Below are positions 17,348-24,887 of a stretch of DNA of 64,000 bases, piece after piece (position 1 is the stretch's first letter; every line of letters begins with the position of its first letter). Source of the stretch: Bacteroidales bacterium (GTDB taxonomy: Bacteria > Bacteroidota > Bacteroidia > Bacteroidales > UBA932). The notes under the pieces are model-generated. The model was not told the origin of the DNA, did not search any database, and saw only the letters and a program-made list of their open reading frames with translations. The translations under genes were made by a program, and so were the position numbers. The stretch spans positions 2,919 to 66,918 of the forward strand of contig JAHHQP010000005.1 of the NCBI GenBank assembly GCA_020026355.1, given 5' to 3'.

Positions 17348-17704
17348 CTATTTCTGGAGCTCTGAGATGAGCTGGGTCAGGGCTTCTTTCGACCTTCCGC
17401 CGACGCTGACCTGCGGGAGACCTTCCTGAGGGATGAAGACCAGGGTAGGGATGCTCCTGACATTGAAGAGAGAAGCCAGTTCCGGTTCATCTTCTACATT
17501 GACCTTGTAGATATCGACCTTTCCCTCATACTCCCCAGCCAGTTCGTCGATGATCGGGGACATGGCCTTGCACGGGCCGCACCAGCTGGCATAGAAGTCG
17601 ATGACTGCAGGCTTGTCTCCTTCGAACTTCCACTGGTTGCCGTTGGTCTCGTAATCGTGAATTCTTCTGAGGAAACCCTCTTTGTTCAAATGTATCGCGT
17701 TCAT
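17348..17704 (-). CDS. trxA: Thioredoxin
   Basis: 118 aa with the FYASWCGPCK active site. It is upstream of the peroxiredoxin gene on the same strand. Confidence 0.9.
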   Translation of the reverse strand: MNAIHLNKEGFLRRIHDYETNGNQWKFEGDKPAVIDFYASWCGPCKAMSPIIDELAGEYEGKVDIYKVNVEDEPELASLFNVRSIPTLVFIPQEGLPQVSVGGRSKEALTQLISELQK

Positions 17705-17805
17705 GTTCTTGTTTCTTTAAATGTTTTACTATGTGTTCCTTTCTTTTTCTGTTGCAAAGATGGGAGAATGATTATAGATGAACAACTGATTTCATTTATT
17801 GTTCA

Positions 17806-17820
17806 ATAGATGATGTCTAT
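17806..17820. promoter_or_regulatory. Candidate LysR/OxyR-type operator ATAG-N7-CTAT in the trxA-prx / thrE divergent control region
   Basis: ATAGatgatgtCTAT. Further ATAG/CTAT half-sites occur at 17774, 17822, 17844 and 17851. The same box architecture is found at the oxyR promoter (20447-20461). Confidence 0.35.
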
Positions 17821-17933
17821 ACTATCTGCGTTCGCTCGAAGCGATAGCCGCTATAGAAAAATACCTTTACCGATCTTTCGCAGGTGAATCCGGATGCTGT
17901 ACTTTTGCCGCGGTTTTAAAAAGTACTGTAATT

Positions 17934-18107
17934 ATGGAAACAAGATTCATCATCTGGAGCTCTGTCGTAGCGATGCTCCTCGTTGTATTCGCCGTCAAGG
18001 CTTTTTCAGATTTCCGCAAAGGAAAGAAGCATCATTTCATCGAAATCGGTTCAGATGCGGAAATGTTCTATTGTCCGGGAGATCCTAAACCATCTGACCA
18101 GGAATAA
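17934..18107 (+). CDS. Possible small membrane protein (57 aa), translationally coupled to the next gene
   Basis: Hand translation gives METRFIIWSSVVAMLLVVFAVKAFSDFRKGKKHHFIEIGSDAEMFYCPGDPKPSDQE. The stop overlaps the next ATG (TAATG at 18105-18109). One TM helix. The track's overlapping ORF 17894..18088 is in another frame. Confidence 0.35.
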   Translation: METRFIIWSSVVAMLLVVFAVKAFSDFRKGKKHHFIEIGSDAEMFYCPGDPKPSDQE

Positions 18108-18889
18108 TGGAAGCACGTCCGACTCCTTCTCTTAAAGAGGTGTGCATTTTTCTTACCGACTACGCTTCGTGGTTGCTCGGATGCGGGGCTACCTGCATCC
18201 GGATCGAGAAGAATGTTGGCCGAATGGCTGCCGCATTCCAGGTATGCGCCGAAATGACGGTCATGCCGACTAACATACAGATGTCGGTCTGGGACATGAA
18301 CCATCAGGATTCCTATAGTCTTGTGAAGAGGAAGCAGAAGACCGGTATCAGCTTCAATATCAATACGCGCATGAGCAAGCTCAGCTGGGATGTCGCAGAT
18401 CGGAAGATCGATTTCGCGGAAGCGGTTTCCCGCATGGAAGAGATCAAGAAGACTCCTCCGGAAAACAAATGGGCGGTGCTTGTGCTGGCTTCATTGGCCA
18501 ACATGTCTTTCTGTCGGTTGTTCAACGGGGATCTGATCGCGATGGCGGTGGTATTCGTGGCGACGATGGCCGGTTATCGGATCAAGCAGATTCTGCTGGA
18601 GGCAAAGGTCGATGTGCGGGTGGTTTTCGTCTGCTCGGCCTTCGTGTCGTCAGTCATCGGGGCAAGCGGCTATCTTTTCAATCTGGGAACGACTCCAGAC
18701 ATCGCCATCGGTACCAGCGTGCTCTACCTGATTCCCGGTATACCTTACATCAATTCCGTCAGCGACATGCTGGACGGTCATTACATCTGCTCGTTCAGCA
18801 GGTTCATCGATGCCTTGATCCTGACCATCTGCCTCTCCATCGGTCTTTGCGGTGGAATGTTCCTGATGGGCTTGAAATGGCTCAATTGA
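18107..18889 (+). CDS. Threonine/serine exporter family protein (ThrE/YjjP-like, DUF1212)
   Basis: 260 aa with LLGCGATCIRIEKNVGRMAAAF... and C-terminal TM helices. Confidence 0.8.
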   Translation: MEARPTPSLKEVCIFLTDYASWLLGCGATCIRIEKNVGRMAAAFQVCAEMTVMPTNIQMSVWDMNHQDSYSLVKRKQKTGISFNINTRMSKLSWDVADRKIDFAEAVSRMEEIKKTPPENKWAVLVLASLANMSFCRLFNGDLIAMAVVFVATMAGYRIKQILLEAKVDVRVVFVCSAFVSSVIGASGYLFNLGTTPDIAIGTSVLYLIPGIPYINSVSDMLDGHYICSFSRFIDALILTICLSIGLCGGMFLMGLKWLN

Positions 18890-18898
18890 CAGAATCAT

Positions 18899-19387
18899 AT
18901 GGAAATGTTGTTGAATATTTTTCAGGATGGATTCTTCGCAGCGATAGCAGCTATCGGTTTTGCCTCCATCAGTAATCCTCCTAAAAGCGCTTATCTGTAC
19001 TGTGCGTTCATCGCAGCGGTCGGTCATTCCATGCGGTATATCCTCATGAACAATCCGTTTTTCGATACGCACATCATCGTGGCCAGCACCATCGCTGCTT
19101 TCGTCATCGGACTTCTGGCCGTGTGGGTGTCTCCAAAAGCGAAGTGTCCGGCAGAAACCTGCCTTTTCCCGGCGTTGCTGCCGATGATTCCGGGAATGTA
19201 TGCCTACAGGACTGTAGGAGCGCTCATCCTTTGCCTGAATCATACTGCTGAGGAAGCCTTTTCCCATTATTTCTATCTGTTGAATTTCAATGGGTTCACC
19301 TGTGTCTTCATCATCATGGGCATGGTCATCGGTGCAACTATCCCGATTTTCATTTTCAAGAAAACATCCTTCCAGGCGACCCGGTAA
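18899..19387 (+). CDS. Threonine/serine exporter family protein (YjjB-like, ThrE_2)
   Basis: 162 aa, four TM helices, FFAAIAAIGFASISNPP. Partner of the preceding gene. Confidence 0.8.
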   Translation: MEMLLNIFQDGFFAAIAAIGFASISNPPKSAYLYCAFIAAVGHSMRYILMNNPFFDTHIIVASTIAAFVIGLLAVWVSPKAKCPAETCLFPALLPMIPGMYAYRTVGALILCLNHTAEEAFSHYFYLLNFNGFTCVFIIMGMVIGATIPIFIFKKTSFQATR

Positions 19388-19469
19388 CGGTTTTCTGCCT
19401 TCATTCCTGTGCGTTCCAGCACGATTTTTGATAGATAAAAAAGCTTGATCAATGAACAGAAATTTTCCT

Positions 19470-20372
19470 ATGGAACTGAGGCAACTGAAATATTTCGTGA
19501 AGGTGGCAGAGTTCTTGAGCTTTTCCAAGGCCTCCAAAGTCCTTTACATTTCTCAAAGTACCCTATCCCAGCAGATCCATCAGCTGGAGGAAGAAATGAA
19601 TATCCTGCTCTTCCAGAGAGATAGTCACAACGTGACCCTGACTGAGGCTGGCGAGGAACTTCTGCCTCATGCCTTGGCTACGCTCCATGCGGCGGATACT
19701 TGTTTCGACCGGATCCGGGACCTGCAGCAGCTGCTGACCGGTACCTTGAATATCGGGGTGACCTATTCCTTCAGCCCGATTCTCACCGAGACCTTGCTGA
19801 CTTTCATGTCGAAATATCCGGAGGTCAAGCTGAATATCTATTACAAGTCCATGGAGGAACTCATCGACATGCTGAGACATCGGGAATTAGACTTCGTGCT
19901 GGCTTTCAAGCCTTCCGTCCGTTTTGAAGGGGTCGAGTCTCATGTCCTCTTCGACAACCAGTTGTCGGCCATCGTGAATGCCGGCCATGAACTCGCTTCC
20001 AAGCCTTTCGTCGATCTGGAGGAACTCAGCCGTTATCAGGTGGCCTTGCCGATGACCGGTCTCCAGGCCCGCAATGAACTCGAACGTCTGCTGGCCAGAC
20101 ATCCGGTACATCTGGATGTGAAGATCGAACTGAATGAGGTGAACATCCTCCTCGAACTGATCAAGGACAGCCAGCTGGTGACTGTCCTGTCCGAATCTAC
20201 GATCTACAACGAACCTGGAGTCCGTGCCGTTCCGATCCATGCTGACGGCAATGAGATGGAGGGTTGCGTACATATGCTGGCCAATACCTACCGCAAACAT
20301 TCGATGAAGGAATTCATCCGTCTTTTAGGGGAGTCCGAGGCTGTCAAGCAGCGTCGTCATGAATGGCTCTGA
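19470..20372 (+). CDS. LysR family transcriptional regulator
   Basis: MELRQLKYFVKVAEFLSFSKASKVLYISQSTLSQQIHQLEEEM. The track ORF starts 18 nt earlier (19452). Confidence 0.85.
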   Translation: MELRQLKYFVKVAEFLSFSKASKVLYISQSTLSQQIHQLEEEMNILLFQRDSHNVTLTEAGEELLPHALATLHAADTCFDRIRDLQQLLTGTLNIGVTYSFSPILTETLLTFMSKYPEVKLNIYYKSMEELIDMLRHRELDFVLAFKPSVRFEGVESHVLFDNQLSAIVNAGHELASKPFVDLEELSRYQVALPMTGLQARNELERLLARHPVHLDVKIELNEVNILLELIKDSQLVTVLSESTIYNEPGVRAVPIHADGNEMEGCVHMLANTYRKHSMKEFIRLLGESEAVKQRRHEWL

Positions 20373-20437
20373 AGCCGGGGGGCTCGTCCGGTCTTCCGGA
20401 AAATCAATGGCAGCTATCGAAAATCCGATCCGTTTCT

Positions 20438-20461
20438 TATCTTTGTATAGGAATTGTCTAT
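20438..20461 (+). promoter_or_regulatory. oxyR promoter: -7 box TATCTTTG (20438-20445) immediately followed by an ATAG-N7-CTAT box (20447-20461)
   Basis: Sequence TATCTTTGtATAGgaattgtCTAT lies 12 nt upstream of the oxyR ATG. This geometry is compatible with autoregulation. Confidence 0.4.
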
Positions 20462-20472
20462 AAAACAACGAT

Positions 20473-21468
20473 ATGACCTTACAACAGATGGAATACGTGG
20501 TCGCGTTGGACACGCACCGCAATTTTGTGCTGGCGGCAGAGGCGTGCGGAGTCACGCAGCCGACCTTGAGTGCCATGCTCCTGAAACTGGAAGACGAGTT
20601 AGGAGTCCGGCTTTTTGAAAGAAGCCATCGTGGCGTACTGCCGACTTCGGTCGGGAAACTGGTCGTCCGGCAGGCTCGTGCCGCCGTACGTGAGGCCCAT
20701 CGGGTGCGGGAAGTCGTGAAAGACGAGATCGGAACCTTGTCCGGTCCGCTCAGGATCGGTATCGTACCTACAGTCGCCCCTTATCTTGTCCCTGACTTCA
20801 TCCTGCATTTCACACGGCTTTACCCGGAGGTCGAACTGCAGATCGAAGAGATGAAAAGTACTGTCCTGTATGATGCTTTGACGAAAGGGCAGCTGGATCT
20901 GGTACTGGCCACTCCACCGTCGGCAGGGGAGAAACTGCTTGAGATTCCTGTCTATCGGGAGCGTTTCCTTGCTTATTTCTCAGATCAATGTATGCAGAAT
21001 TGTGCGGCAGCCCCGTCCATGATGACGGACGGTCTGCTTTCGCTGGAGAAGATGGATCTCGATTACATGTGGATCCTGCAGGAAGGCCATTGCATGAATA
21101 CCGGTGATTTCACCTTCTGCATGGACCGGGCCGGCGATTCTTCCCAGCTGCCCGTGCCCCCGCTCCAGAGCAGCAACCGTTCGCTCTACAAGGCCGGAAG
21201 CATCACGACGCTCATCCGTATCGTGGACCGGAACGGTGGCTTCACCATCATCCCTGAAATGCATGCCGAACTCCTCTCCGAGGCTCAGAAGGCCAATGTG
21301 CACCCTCTGGCGGAAGGGGAGCGGGCAGCCAGGACCATCTCTGTGCTTGTCAAGTCCGATTATGTCCGTGAGCGCTTGCTCAATGCGGTCATCGATACGC
21401 TCAAGCTCATCATACCGGCCCGGATGCTCGTTCCCGCGCTTTCCCGTGGTCCGGTCCGCTTGCTTTAA
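20473..21468 (+). CDS. oxyR: Hydrogen peroxide-sensing LysR family regulator OxyR
   Basis: The HTH is MTLQQMEYVVALDTHRNFVLAAEACGVTQPTLSAML. The redox Cys pair has OxyR spacing: LQEGHCMNTGDFTFCMD (compare E. coli EDGHC199...C208). Confidence 0.85.
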   Translation: MTLQQMEYVVALDTHRNFVLAAEACGVTQPTLSAMLLKLEDELGVRLFERSHRGVLPTSVGKLVVRQARAAVREAHRVREVVKDEIGTLSGPLRIGIVPTVAPYLVPDFILHFTRLYPEVELQIEEMKSTVLYDALTKGQLDLVLATPPSAGEKLLEIPVYRERFLAYFSDQCMQNCAAAPSMMTDGLLSLEKMDLDYMWILQEGHCMNTGDFTFCMDRAGDSSQLPVPPLQSSNRSLYKAGSITTLIRIVDRNGGFTIIPEMHAELLSEAQKANVHPLAEGERAARTISVLVKSDYVRERLLNAVIDTLKLIIPARMLVPALSRGPVRLL

Positions 21469-21483
21469 GGCTTAGGTCAATGA
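21469..21483 (+). repeat. 15-nt element GGCTTAGGTCAATGA (copy 1), immediately after the oxyR stop codon
   Basis: Identical to 60726-60740. Both are followed 14 nt later by TCTTCAGGT. It contains the over-represented core AGGTCAATGA. Confidence 0.7.
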
Positions 21484-21538
21484 AAACAGCGGAACCTTCT
21501 TCAGGTCCCGCTGTCAATCTCTGCTTGTTCGTGTCTAT

Positions 21539-23938
21539 CTACTTACACCACTGATCCAGCCAGCTGAAATATTCACGGTGCCAGAACAAAGCGTTCTGCG
21601 GTTTCAGAATCCAATGGTTCTCATCCGGGAAGATCAGCAGACGGGAAGGAACGCCCATCATCTGAGCGGCATTGTAGGCCGCCATGCCCTCATCCACCGG
21701 TACTCTGAAATCGGAACCGCCGTGGATCACCATGATCGGGGTATCCCAGTTCTGTACCATCTTGTGCGGAGACAGCGCATAATGACGTTTGGCTTTCGGG
21801 AGATCGCTCCAAGGAGAACCGCCCTGCTTGATGCCGCCGAAGGTCACTCCGTCGCCTTTCGCACCCATCGCTTCCGCAGTACCGAAGGCCGGATCGAATT
21901 CACATTCATGCAGACCGCCGTTATCCCAGTTCGGGAACCACATCTCTTCAGTAGTCATGTACATGTGCTCTTCGTTGAAGATGCCGGCATGAGCGATGAA
22001 GCAGTCGAAGGTGTTGCGGTGCATGCCTGCCAGATAATAGACGGAATAGCCGCCGTAGCTGGCTCCGCAGGCAGCGACCTTACCGACATAAGGCTCTTTC
22101 TTGATCTGACGAGCCGCCGTCAGGTAGTCCAGCATGTTCAGACCCGGGTAGTCACCGGAAATCTGTTCCGTCCATTCCTGGCCGAAAGCAGTGGTGCCAC
22201 GTCTGTTCGGCATCACGACGATATAGTCCTGTGCGGACATCAGTCTGTAGTTCCAACGGTAGGACCAGCCTTGGCTGAGCGTACCTTGAGGACCGCCCAG
22301 GCAGATCACGATGGCCGGATAGGTCTTCGAAGCATCGAAATCCTGAGGATACATCACCCAGGTCAGCATGTTCTGGCCGTCTACGGTCTTGATCCAGCGG
22401 GCCTCTGTCTTGTGCGGTTTGAGCTGCGCGAGGATAGGCTCGTTTTCTCTCGTCACCGGTCTGTAGACGACATCATGGTCACAGGTGCCCATGAGCGGTT
22501 CGGAATGACCGTCTCTCAGGATAGGACCGATGTGCGTGTTCGCATAGACACCGTCCGGCGTGAGACCGTCCGGCTTGTCAGCGATCCTGCCCGGATGGAG
22601 GGCAACCAGTTCGGTCGGGAAGTCCATGCTGCACCAGGTCGTGTAGATGACTGGAAGCTTGCCTTCTCCTTCCTCGATGTAATATGGAGTACCGAAGTCA
22701 TACCATTTGTCTTCTCCGGTGATCCTGGTGATCGTTCCTTGGGCGATCTCGGCCTTGTAGATGGCCTGGATGCCTTCCGTAAGGGCATTGAACCAGATGT
22801 CCTTGCTGTCTGCAGACCACATCGGAGCTGCTACGTTGTAACGGAAGTCTGCAGTATAATCTCTGATGTTGGATACCTCGATATCAGCGGACGGAGCGTC
22901 CGGAACGAGGCGGACATCCGACAGGATCAGGCGTTGCTTGTCTGCTTCATAACCATCTCTCGGCATGCTGACCCAAGCCAGGTGCTTGCCGTCCGGGCTC
23001 CAGATCGGATTCGTGTCATAACCGCCTTTCATCACGATCTGTGTCGTTGCGGCGGTCTCGGTATCATAGATGTAGATTTCCGTGTCGGTCGAGAACGCAT
23101 ATTTCTTGCCGGCGAGCTTCTTGCAGGAATAGGCGAGGTGCCGGCTGTCCGGATGCCAGTCCAGCTGCTCGATGCCATTGAACGGCTCTGTAGGAAGTTC
23201 ATAGATTTCCTTTTCACCGGCCAGGATATCCGTGGAAGTTTCCGGGACGATGAGGCTCTTGCCGTCGAAAGCGGCGACGAAACTATGTGCCACTTCCAAG
23301 ATGGTATGGTCCCAGTGGCGGTACATCAGGTCGTCTGTCGTGTAGGCATTGGCCTTGTCCAGGTCCGCATAACGATCGGAAGGCGCGTCCACCGCACTCT
23401 TTACCGTGCTGACGTACAGGATCTTCCTCTCGTCCGGAGAAAGTTTGAATTCGCTGATGCCGGCAGGAATCTCGGAAAGTTTCTCGGCCTTTCCCAGTTT
23501 CCAGACACCATCCTTTTCCTGGAGCGGAGCGCTCCAGAGCTGGCCGCCGTGGAGGTAGAGCAGACCGTCTCCGTACCATCTGGCATTGCTGATGCTGGTT
23601 TCAGAGAAGGTCAGCTGCTGCTTTCCTTCACCGTTCACGTCGGAGATGAAAAGGTTCCTGCAGCTGCGGTTCTCTTCAATGGAAGTATAGCTGACGCCGT
23701 AGATCAGCCGGGTGCCGTCCGGAGAAACCTGCGGGTCGGACAGCCTGCCGAAAGCCAGCAAGACTTCCGGGGTCATTTTCCCGTCTTCGATCCGGATGTC
23801 GCTTCTTCCGATTCCGGAGGTTTCTCGCTGAGCGTCGAAATTCTTTGTCGTTGTCTTCATGATCAGAATGATTGCTGTTCCCAGCGCCAGGGCGATGAGG
23901 ACCCGTGATGCTGTTCTTTTGTCAAATTTGAATTTCAT
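21539..23938 (-). CDS. S9 family serine peptidase (prolyl oligopeptidase/acylaminoacyl-peptidase type with N-terminal beta-propeller)
   Basis: Preferred start MKFKFDKRTASRVLIALALG (ATG at 23938; the track extends to 24025). Catalytic GASYGGY, C-terminal HGGSDFRVP...ENHW. Confidence 0.85.
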   Translation of the reverse strand: MKFKFDKRTASRVLIALALGTAIILIMKTTTKNFDAQRETSGIGRSDIRIEDGKMTPEVLLAFGRLSDPQVSPDGTRLIYGVSYTSIEENRSCRNLFISDVNGEGKQQLTFSETSISNARWYGDGLLYLHGGQLWSAPLQEKDGVWKLGKAEKLSEIPAGISEFKLSPDERKILYVSTVKSAVDAPSDRYADLDKANAYTTDDLMYRHWDHTILEVAHSFVAAFDGKSLIVPETSTDILAGEKEIYELPTEPFNGIEQLDWHPDSRHLAYSCKKLAGKKYAFSTDTEIYIYDTETAATTQIVMKGGYDTNPIWSPDGKHLAWVSMPRDGYEADKQRLILSDVRLVPDAPSADIEVSNIRDYTADFRYNVAAPMWSADSKDIWFNALTEGIQAIYKAEIAQGTITRITGEDKWYDFGTPYYIEEGEGKLPVIYTTWCSMDFPTELVALHPGRIADKPDGLTPDGVYANTHIGPILRDGHSEPLMGTCDHDVVYRPVTRENEPILAQLKPHKTEARWIKTVDGQNMLTWVMYPQDFDASKTYPAIVICLGGPQGTLSQGWSYRWNYRLMSAQDYIVVMPNRRGTTAFGQEWTEQISGDYPGLNMLDYLTAARQIKKEPYVGKVAACGASYGGYSVYYLAGMHRNTFDCFIAHAGIFNEEHMYMTTEEMWFPNWDNGGLHECEFDPAFGTAEAMGAKGDGVTFGGIKQGGSPWSDLPKAKRHYALSPHKMVQNWDTPIMVIHGGSDFRVPVDEGMAAYNAAQMMGVPSRLLIFPDENHWILKPQNALFWHREYFSWLDQWCK

Positions 23939-23957
23939 ATCTGTTGTACATTGGTTT

Positions 23958-24884
23958 TCAGTTCTTGTCCTTTCCGTAGAGGGCAGCCATGCGGCCGATC
24001 TCGGCACGCAGGCTTTCCACGACATCCGCAGGGGAGAGGACCTCGATACCGCTGCCGTATTTGAGGAAGGTCATGAGCATGGTCCGGTCCGGAACTGCGA
24101 AGATCTCGAAAGTCACGTTCTGCTCATCCTTGGCGACGATGCGCTGGCTGCGGTGCAGCGGAAGGTCATTGATATAATGGGCTTCAGTCTTGCTGGACCG
24201 GAAACGGATGGTCTTAGCCTTTTCTCGTGGCAGGTAGATGCCGAAGCTGGTCGCGAAAATCTCCTCTACATCGAAATTGCTTTTCATCTTGAAATTCTTC
24301 CCGGTTTCTTCCAGTCCCTGGATACGGTCCAGACCGAAGACGCGCAGGTCATCCCGCTTTTCTTCGTCTTTCTGGAGGCAGCGGCCGATGATGTACCATC
24401 TCTTTTCGAATTCCTTGATGGCATAAGGTTCCAGCAGGTAGCTGGACGGCTCGGAAGAACTGTATTTGCGGTAGCTGAGCCAGATGGTCGCGTTCTCCAT
24501 CATCGCTTCCATGATGCCGGTCAGGTAGATGTGGCCGGACGGGATCTCTTCTACGGAGACCCTTCCTTTGAGCTTGTTCTTGGACTGAGTCAGAAGCTGA
24601 TTGACGGTGAAGGTGTCGATCATGCCGGCGGCATCTCCGCCGAGAATCTTGCCGTTCTCGTCCGCATCCACGTAATAGGTATTGGTTCGTCGGTCGCAGT
24701 GGATATCGATGCCGAAGACTTCCAGTATGGCTTCCCGATGGTTGTTGAAGGTCCTCCGGGCATAGTCCTCGTTGTAGCGGTTCTCCCATTTTCTGGTGAT
24801 TTCCTTGAATGTCAGGCCGTTCCTGCCGGCTCTGATGACGGTCTGAGTCAGCCATATGTATTTCTGCAGCAGTTCTGTTACCAT
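23958..24884 (-). CDS. WYL domain-containing transcriptional regulator (wHTH-WYL type)
   Basis: 308 aa. The N-terminal winged-helix-like segment is GLTFKEITRKWENRY...ARRTFNNHREAILEVFGIDI. The central WYL signature is PYAIKEFEKRWYIIG. It begins 3 nt after the recG stop. Confidence 0.75.
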   Translation of the reverse strand: MVTELLQKYIWLTQTVIRAGRNGLTFKEITRKWENRYNEDYARRTFNNHREAILEVFGIDIHCDRRTNTYYVDADENGKILGGDAAGMIDTFTVNQLLTQSKNKLKGRVSVEEIPSGHIYLTGIMEAMMENATIWLSYRKYSSSEPSSYLLEPYAIKEFEKRWYIIGRCLQKDEEKRDDLRVFGLDRIQGLEETGKNFKMKSNFDVEEIFATSFGIYLPREKAKTIRFRSSKTEAHYINDLPLHRSQRIVAKDEQNVTFEIFAVPDRTMLMTFLKYGSGIEVLSPADVVESLRAEIGRMAALYGKDKN

Positions 24885-24887
24885 AGA

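Noticed and set aside
18650-19537. 295-aa minus-strand ORF
   Set aside because: It is antisense to both ThrE-family genes and part of the LysR gene. It has no motifs.
21578-23908. Very long (776 aa) plus-strand ORF
   Set aside because: It lies entirely antisense to the S9 peptidase gene, whose minus-strand product has a clear signal anchor, propeller and GxSxG motifs. The antisense product is low-complexity (R/D/V/G-rich) with no recognisable motif. This is a typical mirror-frame artefact of codon bias.
23939-24025. N-terminal extension of the S9 peptidase ORF (MSWKACVPRS...)
   Set aside because: It would overlap the WYL gene's 3' end. The internal ATG at 23938 gives a typical signal-anchor N-terminus. 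Similar track extensions were trimmed at 5381-5464, 27090-27155, 38279-38344, 53889-53933, 55784-55885, 60070-60108 and 60676-60723.
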